This document shows positions 25,959-39,531 of a stretch of DNA of 64,000 nt, one piece after another. The notes below the pieces were generated by a model. It worked only from the letters and a program-made list of their open reading frames with translations. It was not told where the DNA came from and made no database searches. The DNA is from Trichosphaerium sp. ATCC 40318 (taxonomy: Eukaryota > Protista > Tubulinea). The stretch lies in contig JALMLS010000093.1 in NCBI GenBank assembly GCA_038496445.1, forward strand, positions 62,001 through 126,000, in the 5' to 3' direction. Position numbers and translations under genes: made by a program. Position 1 is the stretch's first letter. Every line of letters starts with the position of its first letter.

Positions 25959-27849
25959 TTATAATTCTACTTTCCTTTCTAGAAATAATTTTGTAAAAAG
26001 TTGTTCCGCTGGCCTTGCAGGAGGTGTTGTAGTGCCGTGATTTGAAACCATCTAAAAAAAATAAGAAAAAAAAGCAGAAAAAAGTTAGAAAAGGTGGTAC
26101 CTCTAGTCTGTATTTGATCACGTGGTAGATTTCAGAAAGTTGTTTAATATATTTGAATACTATAGCAGAATCTTCAGTTCTACCATATTGGTTATAAGTG
26201 TTCCACGTGTCAACTAATCCAAAGCCAATATAAGGAAATACACCTAAAGAGTTTTGGAATAACGGAAGTCCTTGTTTAACTCTATCAGCGGCTTCTAGAG
26301 CCTCTTCTTCACAACCAACGAGAGCGAACACACGGGCCGCAGCAGTATTGCAGTACACCTGCGCATAAGGCTGTTCTGGCATCATCTCACAAACAGCAAC
26401 ACACTCACGCATTAGTTTAATAGCCTCATTCTTATGTTTTTCAACGCCAGTCTGGTTCCATTGATTTGCCTAAACAACAAAACCAAGTAAGGAAAAACTG
26501 GTGGCTACAAGATCTAATAATTACTTACCTGTATGTTTGCTAATGCTTCTAAAGTTAATTGAAGAGTTAATGTATTTGTACTGCTTCCCATGTCTGACTT
26601 TATGCCTTTATTTATTCTAATCAATGTGTTCTTTGCCAGCTCTCGTTCCACTCTATATTCCTGTGATCTACGAGCATACTTATACTGAGATAGCAATGCT
26701 CGAAGTACTTTCACATAGTCTTTTGTAGCGTTACGACCAAGTCCTCTATGGCCTACTTTAAGCTGCCTCGCTTGGTCAATGTATTCCAATGTATCATCAG
26801 CTAATTCAACGAGCCTAATTCCACGTTGTGTATCATATCCTGAACCAGCAAAGTACGCAGCCAATATCATAGAGCTTACTAAAAGTTAAAAGATTAGATA
26901 GCTTCTGTTTTATTTAGTATGATTGACGTACTGGCTGTATCTACACTTGGCTTATGTAACAGAGTATTCTGAAGTGCTACTGCCTTTGTTGCAAAATCTC
27001 TAGCTCTGCTCGTATTCTTACAATACAATTGTTGCACAGCAAGCATCGCAAACATACGCAGATTTTTTGATGTCGCTACAATAAAAAAAAACTGGTTAAC
27101 ACTTAATCAATAAATATTTTGGACTTAATCAAGATTGTCACGTGCTCCACGACATTAACTTTAATCTTAAAAATCAACGACTGTTTAGGCGATTAGTAGT
27201 GGAGCATGTGACAGAAGACACCCGGATTAAGATCATCTTTTTAGAAGAGTGGACCATTAGTACCTTTGCCTTCAAAAAAATCCTCATAGCTTATTGGAGG
27301 TAGCATACATTGAGGATGCTTGGCACCAACAAAACCTCTGTACATTGATATATTTGCTTTGATATCGAAGCTATGTCCTAACTTGGCATCTGTTGTGAAA
27401 TTGTGCTTTCTTTTAATGCCTGTGAGAGTAAGAGTTGAGGTATTGTCGTATTCGTTAAGGAGTTCAAGTAGATTTGCTTGATTTACTTTTTGCTTTGATA
27501 TCTTAAGCTCTAAGGACTTGATTTGCTGTTTAAGAACTTTTAGTGTAGTGGCTAAAGGGGGAGAGTTACGTTAATTACAGAAATGAGCCAAACGTGCTTT
27601 AAACACTGTAATTGAGTGTAAAACCGCGTTGATAATAGTAGATGATGCGTAAAATGTATGTACGTTTGATTTTAGGCCTTTTAGGCTTTAAATTGGCAAT
27701 AGGGTATATACACTCATAACCGGCGCTTGTACATGCTCCTTATAAGCATTAACTAAGACTTGGAGGACTATAACTGTACCACAGGGTGTTTTATTGTCGC
27801 ATTTGGCGTGACGCCTTCTACAGCTTTTACAAGACCATGTGCACATCAT
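25959..27849 (-). CDS. Zn(II)2Cys6 (GAL4-type) transcription factor; middle exon junctions unresolved
   Basis: SCKSCRRRHAKCDNKTPCGACTSAGYECIYP followed by basic KPKRPK, a coiled coil and a helical C-terminal region. Confidence 0.82.
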
Positions 27850-28211
27850 GAGTGTACTAATTTTCAATAGTTTTCTATCATCCTAGAAATAGCTCTTTAA
27901 AAAACAAAATTACTCTTCATATACAGAATTCGCCCAGATCAATGGAATATGCTGGTCGTAGTACGTGTCAAGAAAGAAAAAGCTAATTCACAAAAAACCG
28001 GACTTTGTGGTTTTTGTGTCTTCTTTAATTCGTCTTTTATTACTGCTACAAGGCTGCACAGTGTGACTACACCTACATACGGATTTGCTATTTTCCGCCT
28101 TGGATGTGGTATTTCCGTTTGCTTGGGACTGCGCGGAATGCATTTTTTTGGTAAGTTTGTAATCGATGCAAGTACTAATCCGTCTTTCTTAGAGAGGAAC
28201 TAAGGTATTAA

Positions 28212-29477
28212 TCATATTTTGCCTTCTTGCATGCGTCGTAAATGAAATAGATACATAGCGTTCCAATAGCGGTGAAAACAAGCTGTACAACGAATGATAC
28301 CGAGGTACCGATCATGAAAAACAAATATGGGTGGTGATACATTGCATTTCTGAACAAAAAGTAAATAAAAGCTATCAGATCATAATGGGGTTTTTTTTGT
28401 GTTTTTTGGTTACCTTACGCCTTTGGGCTTAGCATTAACATTTAATCTTGCTTCGTATACTTGAAGATGTGCTGAAGATAATGTGATTTTGGCGTAAGTA
28501 GTATTCTATGATTAGTATTAAAGGTATTTTTGACGTTTTGAAGTTGACTTACCCTCGAGTACGACATGTCCTTAAAAAGTGGAATGGTTAACGTCTGCTG
28601 TTCATCAAATGACTCCCAACCGAGGACCAACGGAATGACATAGAAAGCTTCATACGCATAACGCGCAAAAGGCGACTTATAACGCATCAACGCCTACAAA
28701 AAACGTTAAGAATTTCTTCAAAAAAAAAGAAAAAAAGCAGCACGAACCGGTTTTATAGCACGTGCTATAACTTTCCCTGTACGTGTACCAATAGACGCGT
28801 TCACCATGAACATACCTACCATTTTATTAAGTTTGATAAAAGAGGTGCATGGTTGCTATACATACCAACTTCCATGTTTGGAGGTGACTCAGGTAGCACC
28901 ATTGTTAGCTCCCAGTCTGTTATTTCACCCTCATGAAACCATTTTGATTTTACTGGTATGGTAGCAACAGGCTCACTCTTTCTGTCCTGTGGGAATATAA
29001 AGTGGACGTCTGCGTTTCTTGATAAGGAAGAAAAGCGTCAGTGGAAAACGGTGAAGTGAGATATAAACCTTTTTTTAAACTGTCGTACTGATTTAATGCT
29101 TCTGGCGGTTGAAGTGCGAAATAACGGAATCCTGTGTACCTTTTTGTGTTTTTGCTTAGCGTACATAATATTAAGGTGCTTTGAGGCGTACCAGCACATT
29201 GACAATACAAGTAGGCCTGAAAAAAATAAATGAAAATGTCGTTGGCGTTAAAGAGTGTACCTGCAAGTATTAACGTCGTTGCTATGGCGTACCAGCGATA
29301 CTTCCACACAAGTGAAGGTAATTGAGCAAGACCTGATTTTAAGCTTCGCTACAGTTAACACAACAATAGCGCGTACGTATTTTACCTAAGCGCTGCTTTC
29401 TTAGCCTCTGTGAATAGGAATATTATGTTGCTTATCAAAGGGCTTATATATGGTATAGTTGGTAAGTAGTTGTTCAT
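28212..29477 (-). CDS. BSCL2: Seipin (BSCL2 family)
   Basis: N- and C-terminal TM segments; LTMVLPESPPNMEVGMFMV, MRYKSPFARYAYEAFYVIPLVLGW..EQQTL. Confidence 0.88.
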
Positions 29478-29605
29478 TGTGGCTGCGTGGGAGAATTAAA
29501 AAGTGTCAGGCAACGGTTTTGCCTAAAAAGACATAACAAGTCGTGGTTGGTCCTCACGTTATACACACTGCGTCCTGTACAACTACAGCTTATGATTCTT
29601 TAAAG

Positions 29606-32600
29606 ATGGCGTACAAACTTGTCGTTGCGTCATTGGACAAGCCTCCAAGCGTTGGCATTTCGTCGCTAGCGAAGGAGGGTACGTGCGGGATCATATTGAA
29701 AGCTGTTAAGCAATTTAGGAACGACTCTGTTTGTTGGATCTGCAGATGGCCGTTTATTCGCGTATACGCTACGCCAGTCAGAAGATGGCAAAATGGTGCA
29801 TGATTTGAGCCATTTTGCAAAGATTAAACATAAAAATGTACTAAATTCGCATACAGATGCGCGCACGGTTAGACAAGAAAGCATACCTGGATATGGGTAA
29901 AAAACCGGTTACAAAGCTGCAAGCAATCAACGGCGTTCTTTTCGCACTAACAGGCATGCTCTTAAATCGCTTTATACGCGTTTACTTTGCTAAAAACAAA
30001 GCTAGATGGTCACTTGGCGTGTCTAGACATACAATCCTTAACGCCACGTTGTGAGGTTTGTACCACTCTTTGTTCACCTCCAAATATGTCATTGTTTCAA
30101 ATGTTAACACTCCTAGATTGGACATAAATCCGTGTCTGCATTTTGTATTAAAGATCAAGAAGGCAAAGCTCTCATAGCGCTAGTTTCAAAGAAAAAGGTT
30201 TCAAAAAAAAAAAAATCAATTAGTGCTTGATTGTACTTACTCGCTTGTGTAGCTTTGTATTTACTCTTATGATGGTGCATCACTACAAGCTCTTCATCAG
30301 TTTCCATTTAATGATATTGCATTGGCTGCAGCTTGGGTAAGAGAATTGTAGTTCTAGGATTGTTAGAGATCTGACATTGTTATTTAAAGACAGATTCGCA
30401 TATTATCATTGCCTCAAAGAGGGAATATAATGCTGTCAATGCAGCTACAGGAGACACTTTATTGCTATTTTCTAGCGAAAAAACATCACCCAAGAACATA
30501 TTGCTTACAAGCGCTGATGAATTGCTGGTTCAAAATCAGAGTATCCTCAAAAAACAACTTCTAAAACTAGTTTTTATTCACTGAAACGTCTCAAATTTAC
30601 CCTTGACTACTTTATACCTTGGCGTTTTTGTAGATACTAAGGGAAGGGCTACTAGAGAAAGCTTATTTTGGAACGAAGCTCCAATGTCTATCGGTATGAT
30701 AAAGAGTGTTTTGCTAAAGTTATTGAGATCGTAACAAAAATCATAGGCATTAAAGCACCGTATGTAATATCGCTTCAAGTATCTTGCATTGAAGTACACA
30801 ATTACTTGACATGTGTACTTCATCAAAGGCTTGATACTAGACATAGCTTTAAGGCAGTACAATGTATGGGTAATGGAGATGAAGTCATTCTTTTTGGTGA
30901 CACTAGAATCTGGTTTTTGACGCCTATCCCATGTGATGTACAGGTATCACAACACACAGAATTTCACTGATTTAGTACTAATCTGTTATAAACAGGTTGA
31001 GAGATTGATAGCTGCAGGTCGCGTGCAAGTTGGTATTAATTTGTGGAAACAAACAAACTCAGGAAAGCCGGGATTCCAACGGGTAAATTCTTTGATTAGT
31101 TTTTTTTTTCTCAGAAAATACTGCTTTGTCTGTACTTACTCTTGATGAAAAAGAAATACGACCAATTTTTGGAAAAAGCTGGTGACGCAATGTTTGAACA
31201 GCTTCGCTTTGAAAAAGCTTTCGAATACTATGCTGAAAGTAATGTAAGACCAAAAAAGCTGATGGAAAGATATCCAAATCGAATTGAAGCTTACAGTGAA
31301 TTCAATGATTCTCTGGATCACTTAAAACCATTGCTCGAACTCAGTGCGTATAATAATGTTGTAACATTAATCACTTCATGCCTAACATTATCTGTTCACT
31401 AGTTAATACTAAGTTGAAGTACGAGTCAGAAGCGGAAAAAACAGAGGCTGAGAGGATTGCTTCACAATTATTGACAGAGTTTCTTCTTACAGTCCGCAAT
31501 ACTAATCCTAGACACCCTGATATGAAGGTACGTATTATATATATCGTGGGTTAGACCCTTCTATCCCAAATTACAATAGGGTATGATTACAGAGTTATTT
31601 AATGATATTTTAGGCAATGTTGTTTGCTTTATTGTGCCTATTAAAGGATCTAAAACCAGAAGTTATACCAAGGATATTACCTGATGCAGTATGTGATAAT
31701 AAGCCTCTATATGTACACTAAGATTTATATTACCCTAGGTTCGATTTAAAGTACCTTTAGACGTAATAGAGAAAATTTACATTGACGCCAAAGTACGATT
31801 TTGTTGTCTGAAACTAAATGAGCCTATTTTCTTTGTATTAATTAATTAATTCACGTGTTAGGCATGGAATGCACTTGCTTATGTTTATAAAGTACAAGAT
31901 CGTTTTCTACAAGCATTAGATACTTGGAAAAAACTAGGTGATGGAACTTATAGTGATGGTAGTCACAATGGTGTTAAGGAAACTGTTACTTGCTTGCAAG
32001 CATTGATAAATATGGATTTAATTGAACCTTTCTCACAATGGATACTTGATACAGACAAGGAAATGTTTAAACAGATATTCCTTGGCGGGTATGTATTTTA
32101 TTAAAGAGTAACCTCTAGTAGTAGTTAACTATAACATTGTAGAACAAGAGAACGTGGTCAGAGATTACCACATGACCAAGTATTAAGTTTTTTGAGCGAA
32201 AAAGATAGATCATGCAAAGGAGAGTATTTGTTGCGTATGGTCAACGAACTGGACGTCACAGAGCCAAGGTACCTTCAATATTTTATATTGCTTGATAGCT
32301 AAACAAATACAAGGTTTATCATGTCACTAGCGACACACCTTTTGATGGACATAGCAACCATTGGTAATCATCACTTTTCTTACTATTTTCCGCTACTATT
32401 TTTTGGAAACAACACGTGTTAATGATATTGTTGTAGGTATTCAAGCAAGTGAATCTAGTGCTAAATTTATGGGAACAAGTAGAGCGCACACTTTATCACA
32501 ACCAGGATTGCTTGGAAAGTCACGAAAGCATCTACTGCACTTGCTACAGACATCACAATACTACGAAACTGAAAAGGTTCTTGCACTTATTCTTGAAAAT

Positions 32601-34326
32601 GAACGTCTCGAAGGCCTTGATGAAGAACGTTTTATCTTGTATACTAAGGTACCAATCAATTGGACATAATACATTTTACTGAGGCTTGATTGACACAAGT
32701 ATACTAGTTGAGTCGTCACACAGAGGCTTTAGAGGTTATTATATACAGCATGCGAGATTTTGATCGTGCTGAGCGTTATTGTGTTGCTTCAGCACGAAGT
32801 GGTGACATGGAACCCTTCTCGCTGTTATTGAAAATATACATTCAATTGAGCGAGCAACTTGATCAACCCTACCCAGAACGTGCTATAGAAGTATTGAATA
32901 GATACAGTGCGTATATTTCTGCTTCTGAAGCCCTATCTCTTTTACCTGATTGGACACCTCTTTCTGTTATTTTGGATTTTGTGTCAAAGACAATGAGACG
33001 TTCTCACCATGAATACCGAACTACAAGTGTACGTCAATACAACTATATATTTAAAACAAACACCAAACAAAAAGATATGGTGGCGTGGTAACGCCCTATC
33101 ACAACTTTTTTTTTTTGACTGTGTTTTTGATTTTTTTTTTGTTTGTTTAGATCATAGCTTCCCTTGAGTCCTTTGAAAAATTTAAAACAGACAAACAAAA
33201 AGCACTACAACAAACAAAGAGATGTGTGAAGATAACAGCAAACACAAAATGTCACCTTTGCGGTCGATACATTGATCTACAAGGTAATGAATGAACAAAA
33301 CTCTTCGAGAATCTCCCTCTTTTTCTTTATTCTTTTACGCTCAACACAAATGGCAACTTGTTTCATCGTTTCTTCTTATACTTTTCCCTCTTCTATAGTG
33401 TCTGCATTATATGCAACAGGATCTGTTGTACATACTGTACATTACCGATGCAAACAGAAACATGATCAAGAAGTTGCTGCAAAGAGACTAAAAGAAGAGC
33501 AGGAAGCACGTGCATTAGCTGCAGAGAAAAAGAGGATAATGATGGCAAAAGCTAAAGCAAAACGAGAACAAGAAGCAGCATCTAGGAGTGAAATGCCTTC
33601 AAAAGCAGCTAGATTACTATCCTCACAAAGCACATCTTCCAAAACTCAAGTCAAGGTAGCTAAAAACATTATGCATCATGCTTCGTCTGCATTGTCTTTT
33701 GTAAAGTCAAAGAAGAAGCAAAGTACATCACAACGTTCAGAGGTATCTAGATCCGAAAGTGGTACAGTCGAGGCTGTACCTCGTGCTATAACACACAAGA
33801 TATCTGTAAGAAATGGATCAACTAGTAACAATGTCAGTCGAACAACTTCTCAACCTTCGGTTGGTCGCACTGAGAATCAAAGTAATGGTGATACATCATC
33901 TCAAAGATCTAGACGTAGAAGAGCTACAGCAATATCTTCATTTTCATCAGACGGAGAGTCACCTCAAGACACAAGGAGTGGCAGTACAACTGGTTGGATT
34001 AAACCTGAAGCAGCTTCAATGGCATCTACTGACAAGAAACCCGATAATGCAGCACCACCACGGATGCGGATGAGGTTAGAATTTGTTCTAGTATATTCCC
34101 TTTAAAATTTCCACATGCTAAAGCACGTGCTTTTAGGTCTACAATCACAACAATGAATCCGTACAGTCCACAAGCTCAACAACAGGAAAAAAATGATCAA
34201 GACTCCAAGGGCGATGAAACGCCTTCTCAAACAGGATCTACTGCGCCAAGATCTGGTGGAAGGATGAGACACCGATCCACGGCTGTCCGTGGTCAATCAG
34301 TCTACAACCCAAACAACCCTTTCTAA
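29606..34326 (+). CDS. Vps39/TGFBRAP1 (Vam6/Vps3-like) tethering subunit with CNH domain and long C-terminal tail
   Basis: LFVGSADGRL, KKPVTKL, GVFVDTKG..W..AP (CNH); ERFILYTK, HTEALEVIIYSMRDFDRAERYC, LLPDWTPLSVILDFV, CHLCGR..VHYRC. Confidence 0.88.
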
Positions 34327-34659
34327 TCTGTCTAAAAACCAATAATGTATCCCCTCCTGAATAATAATTTAATTATAATGACTTTGCTATCACGTGCTCT
34401 CTGTACATTATGCCAGGATTTTTCCTACCGAATCCCTACACAATCATTACTTAGAAAAAACCTTTGCGGCAGACTTGTTTACTCTTCGTTAAAGCAGGCA
34501 AACGTTCTTTGCGAACTCATTTCAAAAGTTAGTTTATTAAAACAGGATCATCACTTCGTAGCCGGCAGGAGTGTCCCCATAAAATTCTACTTTTTTAATA
34601 TAAGGTGTAGGTGCTATAGTGGATGGTTCTGAGAATGTAACTTCCCCTCCCTTTCTAAC

Positions 34660-36834
34660 TTAAGCCCAAATATACAATTTGTTGTCCGTGTTTAGCGCAC
34701 CTATCTCCGTGTACTTTAGATGTACCTGATGTTAGCTATGATATATTCCAAAGCTTCTAGTAAACTATAAAAGTAATATTTTGAACAAGCAAATACCTAT
34801 TTTCGAGTTCGTCATAACTCATAACTTAAACCATTTCCATTCCTCATATTTTGTTTAATAGGTGCTAGTAGTAAAATGTGTTTTAAAAGGCGAAACTCGA
34901 AGTTTAGTGGTAGTACAACTTAGTAACAATCACATGTTCACAAGTTTTTTCTTAAAATGTTCCAATATTTTTTCTTTCAACGACAATAGCACCATTGAGT
35001 TCGTACACGCCATAAACGTTTCCTGTACATCAATTAGTATGTCGTTACGAAAGAACATATCCTAGAGATACAACGTACCACTCCCATCAGCCATAATCTG
35101 CATTGGATGACCAGAAAAAGTGATTTTATTCTGGAGCGGTTTGCCAGTTTTCATATCAACGCTCAAGACAACATTGTAGTTATCAACATAACACTGTAAC
35201 AATAAAACTTGTCCTAAAACCATAGGCACTCTAGGAGAAAACGGTTGTGGTATAGTAACACAACTAGTAGCACCAGGAGCCAAGTGACGTATCTGTAGAT
35301 CCCACAACCTTTTTCCAGTCAAAGGATCATATCCTGCCCATTCAAACTCCTTCGAACCGACTATTACCGTCTCATCATCAGACATTACGAGAATATCCCA
35401 GTTTGCATCTCTTCTTCCTGTCAGTACCCACAATTGATTGCCGTCTTTATCCCAAGCGCCAAGAGTGTTAGGCGCATTGTCAAAAACACCACAAATAGCG
35501 TAGTAATTCAATCTGAGGTCGAATAGCATTACCCACGGTGCTGTACCGCACTCTTTGACAACTAGTCTGTGTACTGATGTTTCTGTTATAGGAAGATCGA
35601 TCACGTGAATACCTTTTAGACCGTAGGTATTGTTACCTATTAAACAAAATAAGGCAAAGGGAAAAACAATCAAGTATCAAAGAAATACCAGGAAAACAAG
35701 TTCACTGAGAAAATACTATGAATTAATGTGCACGTACTCAAGTGATCATTAAGAGTTTGATTTCCATAGGCGTTGAATAGAGCTGTGTTGTCAATAGCTG
35801 TCAGAAAATACCTGTTGAAAGAATAAGTATGCGCACAAAATTTGAATAGTTACTCACCTATTTACTTGATGACCATTTATGAGGTCAATAACACCTTCAG
35901 CTGAGGAATCACTGGCCCAAATAAGTTGTTGAGGATTTGTTTTTGGAGAAGCAGCTTGACAAGTTTCAGTTTCGATTATACGTATGCATGGCGGCAACAG
36001 TACCTGGAATTTCAGGTGGAATGGTGAAATCACGTGTGTACACCAGTTTCGTTGGATCTTCCTAAAGACACGTCAAACGTGAAATATACACAAGTACTAT
36101 GGTACTTTATCTAGAATAACAATAGCCCAAACGTTTGCATTAGTGTTCCTGTCTAGGCGGTAACCACTAAACAAAAAAAAAAGTAAGAAAAGACGAGGAA
36201 ATTCTGCCAGTTTGCATTTCTCACTCCGGCTGTTATAAGCTAGTAATTCTGTACCTGAAAAATGGGTATCCATCAGGTGTGAACCTAGGCGTTGGAGTTA
36301 TTAGAAGGTCGAAATACAAGCTGTGCCTTACTTCAACCACGATTCAAAGCAGTCTATCTTCACCAAACCGTTTACTTTTGACAAGTCGTATACCTTGACA
36401 GTCTTTCCTGTGTCGACGTCCACTTCCCAAATATACGCTGGTGACCAAAACTTTTCTGCTGATCCTTCTTTGTCATTTACGCCTAACACGCGTTGGTCAC
36501 CCAAAGAGACAGCGTTGGTACCTATTAGCTCATCATCGCCAACAAATGGTACAAATAAATGACCATCAGATTCTCGCATTGCTATACCACCTGAAACCGA
36601 TAATTAACGCTCCACAGCGCATGAGCGAAGCGTACCAGCAGCCGTTGAGCCAAACCACCAAATAGGCAAATGTAAGGTCACATTAGGCAAAACAAACTGT
36701 CTTGTCCATTCTGTGCTTCCACCAGCGTATAACGATCGCGATGAACCGTGAGCGTCAAGTACAAACCCATCTAGATCATAGGCATAGATACAAGCGCATA
36801 GTAATAGTAACGAAATGATACGTGCTCCGATCAT
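34660..36834 (-). CDS. Secreted beta-propeller protein (PQQ-like repeats)
   Basis: Signal peptide MIGARIISLLLLCACIYA; repeats VDVDTGKTV, YDPLTGKRLW, AWDKDGNQLW, VDMKTGKPL. Confidence 0.7.
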
Positions 36835-37297
36835 GATTGTTTGGTGTCAAAGTTACTACGAAAAATCCAAAAACAAAGAGCACGTGGAAATATTTATCCA
36901 AAAATAGGTTAACAAGGCAAAGCAAACAAAGTTGTACAAGTGGACGAAACTGCTCGAAAGCCAAAGATAATGCGCTACCCCTTTGTTGGTCTGATGCTCG
37001 GGTAGGTATATTCTTTCCGTGCTATGGCATCTACTGGAGGCAAGCAAAATTACACGACAAAGACCTTTGGAGTCCTTGAATGGCGGTTTTGACAACGGTT
37101 GGATAAACTACATTACGAAAGGGCTATTGCACTTTAGATGCTGGCTTACTATTTCAGCACTGAATGGCGAAAAAAAGAGAATATTTTCAAGGTCAATAAA
37201 GGCTTTCCTGGCTCTCGACAACTAAGGTAAAGCAATTAGAGTTATAGTTGATGTTCTTAAAAAGTAAAGAACAATTTTGACGTAAAAATTGGCGTGA

Positions 37298-38165
37298 ATG
37301 GAAAAACAGACATCAAAGATAGACTACAAGAACATGACAGCTTCGGAGAAGGGCGAGCACGGATTATGGGAGGTTCTCTTATATATTGGATGCGGTATCC
37401 TTGGCGTACGTCCCAACAGTGTTTCGAACAAGTTCTTTTTACACAACAAAAACAGCTTGAAACGAAATGCCTTTTGGCGCACGTTTTAAGAAACGCTACA
37501 CCCTACCAAGCAGTTCTAAAGGAACCTGGTTGTTTTGGGTCGTATCTCAAAGATTCAAGATTTTTGATATTGAACTATCAATTACCAAACTGTTTTTATG
37601 CTCTACTGCCAATATTAACGCTTCGTTAAGGTTATTGGCATTATAAACTGCTTTACAGGCATCTTCGGGATGATAGTTGGCTTGTGTATGTTAGCCCTGG
37701 CTATATGCGGTGCTGTGGGGGTGTTCATGCGGAACATGAAATTAGTGTGGGTAGTATCTTTTTTAACTTTTTCTTTTACTTTGTTCCTTCGCTATCACGT
37801 GATAGACTGAGTAGAAAAACCGGTGTACTTTTTTTTTTTTGCTTCGATACAGTTACTATTTGTTCTTGACTAAAAAGCTTATGATCGGCGTGGTTATATT
37901 ATTCGCACTAGAGGTCATTCACTTCTTACTATGGTTGTTCAGTATGTTACTACGGAAATAGAAAAAATTAGATTGTTCATTCACTGTTCGTCTTAGATAT
38001 CACACCAAAAGATAGACCTATTTTCACTTTAATTCTGATCATTGTAAGCGCGGCATACTATGTACGTCCTTATCTGCTTAGAAATTTTTTGTTTTTTCTT
38101 ACATTATCTAGATTGGTATGTCAATACTGTCATGGGTGTACAGAGGCCGAAAATTCATGCCTTGA
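37298..38165 (+). CDS. Small four-transmembrane protein
   Basis: Spliced hydrophobic segments VLLYIGCGILGVIGIINCF, MIVGLCMLALAICGAVGVF, LMIGVVILFALEVIHFLLWLF, FTLILIIVSAAYYIGMSILSW. Confidence 0.6.
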
Positions 38166-38573
38166 ACGGTATAAGGACTTTTTGAGAGTAGAAATATGGT
38201 ACAGTTCAGTACAATACATGACGTTAAATTTACACAATAAACAAGTTCATAACACGATTGTCACAAACTTTTGATATTTTTGGATAAACCGATTTATTTA
38301 TTTCTCTGTTCAAACAAACACCATTTTTTTTTTTGCCTTTCTGGTATTCTTCAAATATAACCCGACGCTTATATTAATTACAATCAATCTATTATACAAC
38401 AAAAAAATCTGAAAAGATTTTCGTTTTTTTCTTTTTACATCTGCCCGCCCAACACCGCGTACTTTCCTTTTTGATCAGTTTTTTTTCAGACTATTTACAT
38501 AAAAACCGAAAAAAAAAAAAAGCACAAATCGAGTTGTGGCCTATTTTCTTTTGTTCTTTTTGCAATGTGTGCA

Positions 38574-39064
38574 TCAAGGAATTATCATCTTTGACGCAGG
38601 CATTTCTCCTCGAAGTACTAGAGCTTCATCTTGCTCTAAATTATTCTGTTCCATAAGCCACTCCTCGACTGTACTACAAAACAGCGATTCCTCAACATGA
38701 AACGCTTTTTTTTTCAATTTAGGGGATTTTCTTGAATGCATACTACCAGATACGCCTACTGGCGCTGAAACGCGTCTACGACGTGCTGAAGGAAGTAAGT
38801 TATTTGTGTTTACACTCTTTTTTGTATAAAAGTACCTATATGCCTTCTGACGCTGTCCTCTGATATAGTTTGTAGTCTAATAAGGCGTAGAGTGCTTTTT
38901 GACTTCTTTCTCCTTGGTTTACGTAAAGGAGGCGCTCTTCCAGTGCTTATAGTTTCAGGGAAGGTTATAGAAGCAGATATGCCTTTGTTATGTCTTTTTA
39001 CGCTATGTGATAGCTTAGGGTTGCTTTTTGGGCGACCAGTACGTTTTGGTGATGTGTTAGACAT
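38574..39064 (-). CDS. Hypothetical basic protein
   Basis: 84-aa ATG ORF rich in K/R (RKPRRKKSK) plus downstream exon-like segments ending EMPASKMIIP*. Confidence 0.45.
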
Positions 39065-39531
39065 TGTATTTTGTTGTTTCTAGTGTACGAGAGTTATTAC
39101 GAGGAGTAAGCCGAAAATAGCTTTGACGTTTGGAATACCTGAATTTTTGAAATCACTTTAGGAAATTGATTTTAATATTTTGTTTTTATAACTACCTACC
39201 AACCAAAAAGAAACAACTACGTTGTTTCCAAGCAGACGTCTGAAAATATTTCTCCCACCAAAAACTAGTTACGATAATTTCTCAATAATTCGGATTGTTC
39301 GTTCAAAAACTCCATGTTAACGCACTTATATCGTCATTCTTTTCATTAATTATGGTGCATTAAATCATCATACCTACTCCCCATGCAAATCCGGATGAAT
39401 TAGACTTAATCGAGAAAAGTCAAACAAGAAAATAAGTCAACATTAATTATTACGAAACTCTGAGTTTTTTATTTTTATTTTCTGAAATGGTTCTCCGGTT
39501 AGTTCGGAGGTTTGCTTTCCTGTTTCCTTTT

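Noticed and set aside
27075-27290. Frame inconsistencies in the Zn2Cys6 gene
   Set aside because: Adjacent to homopolymer runs; probably assembly indels rather than recoding
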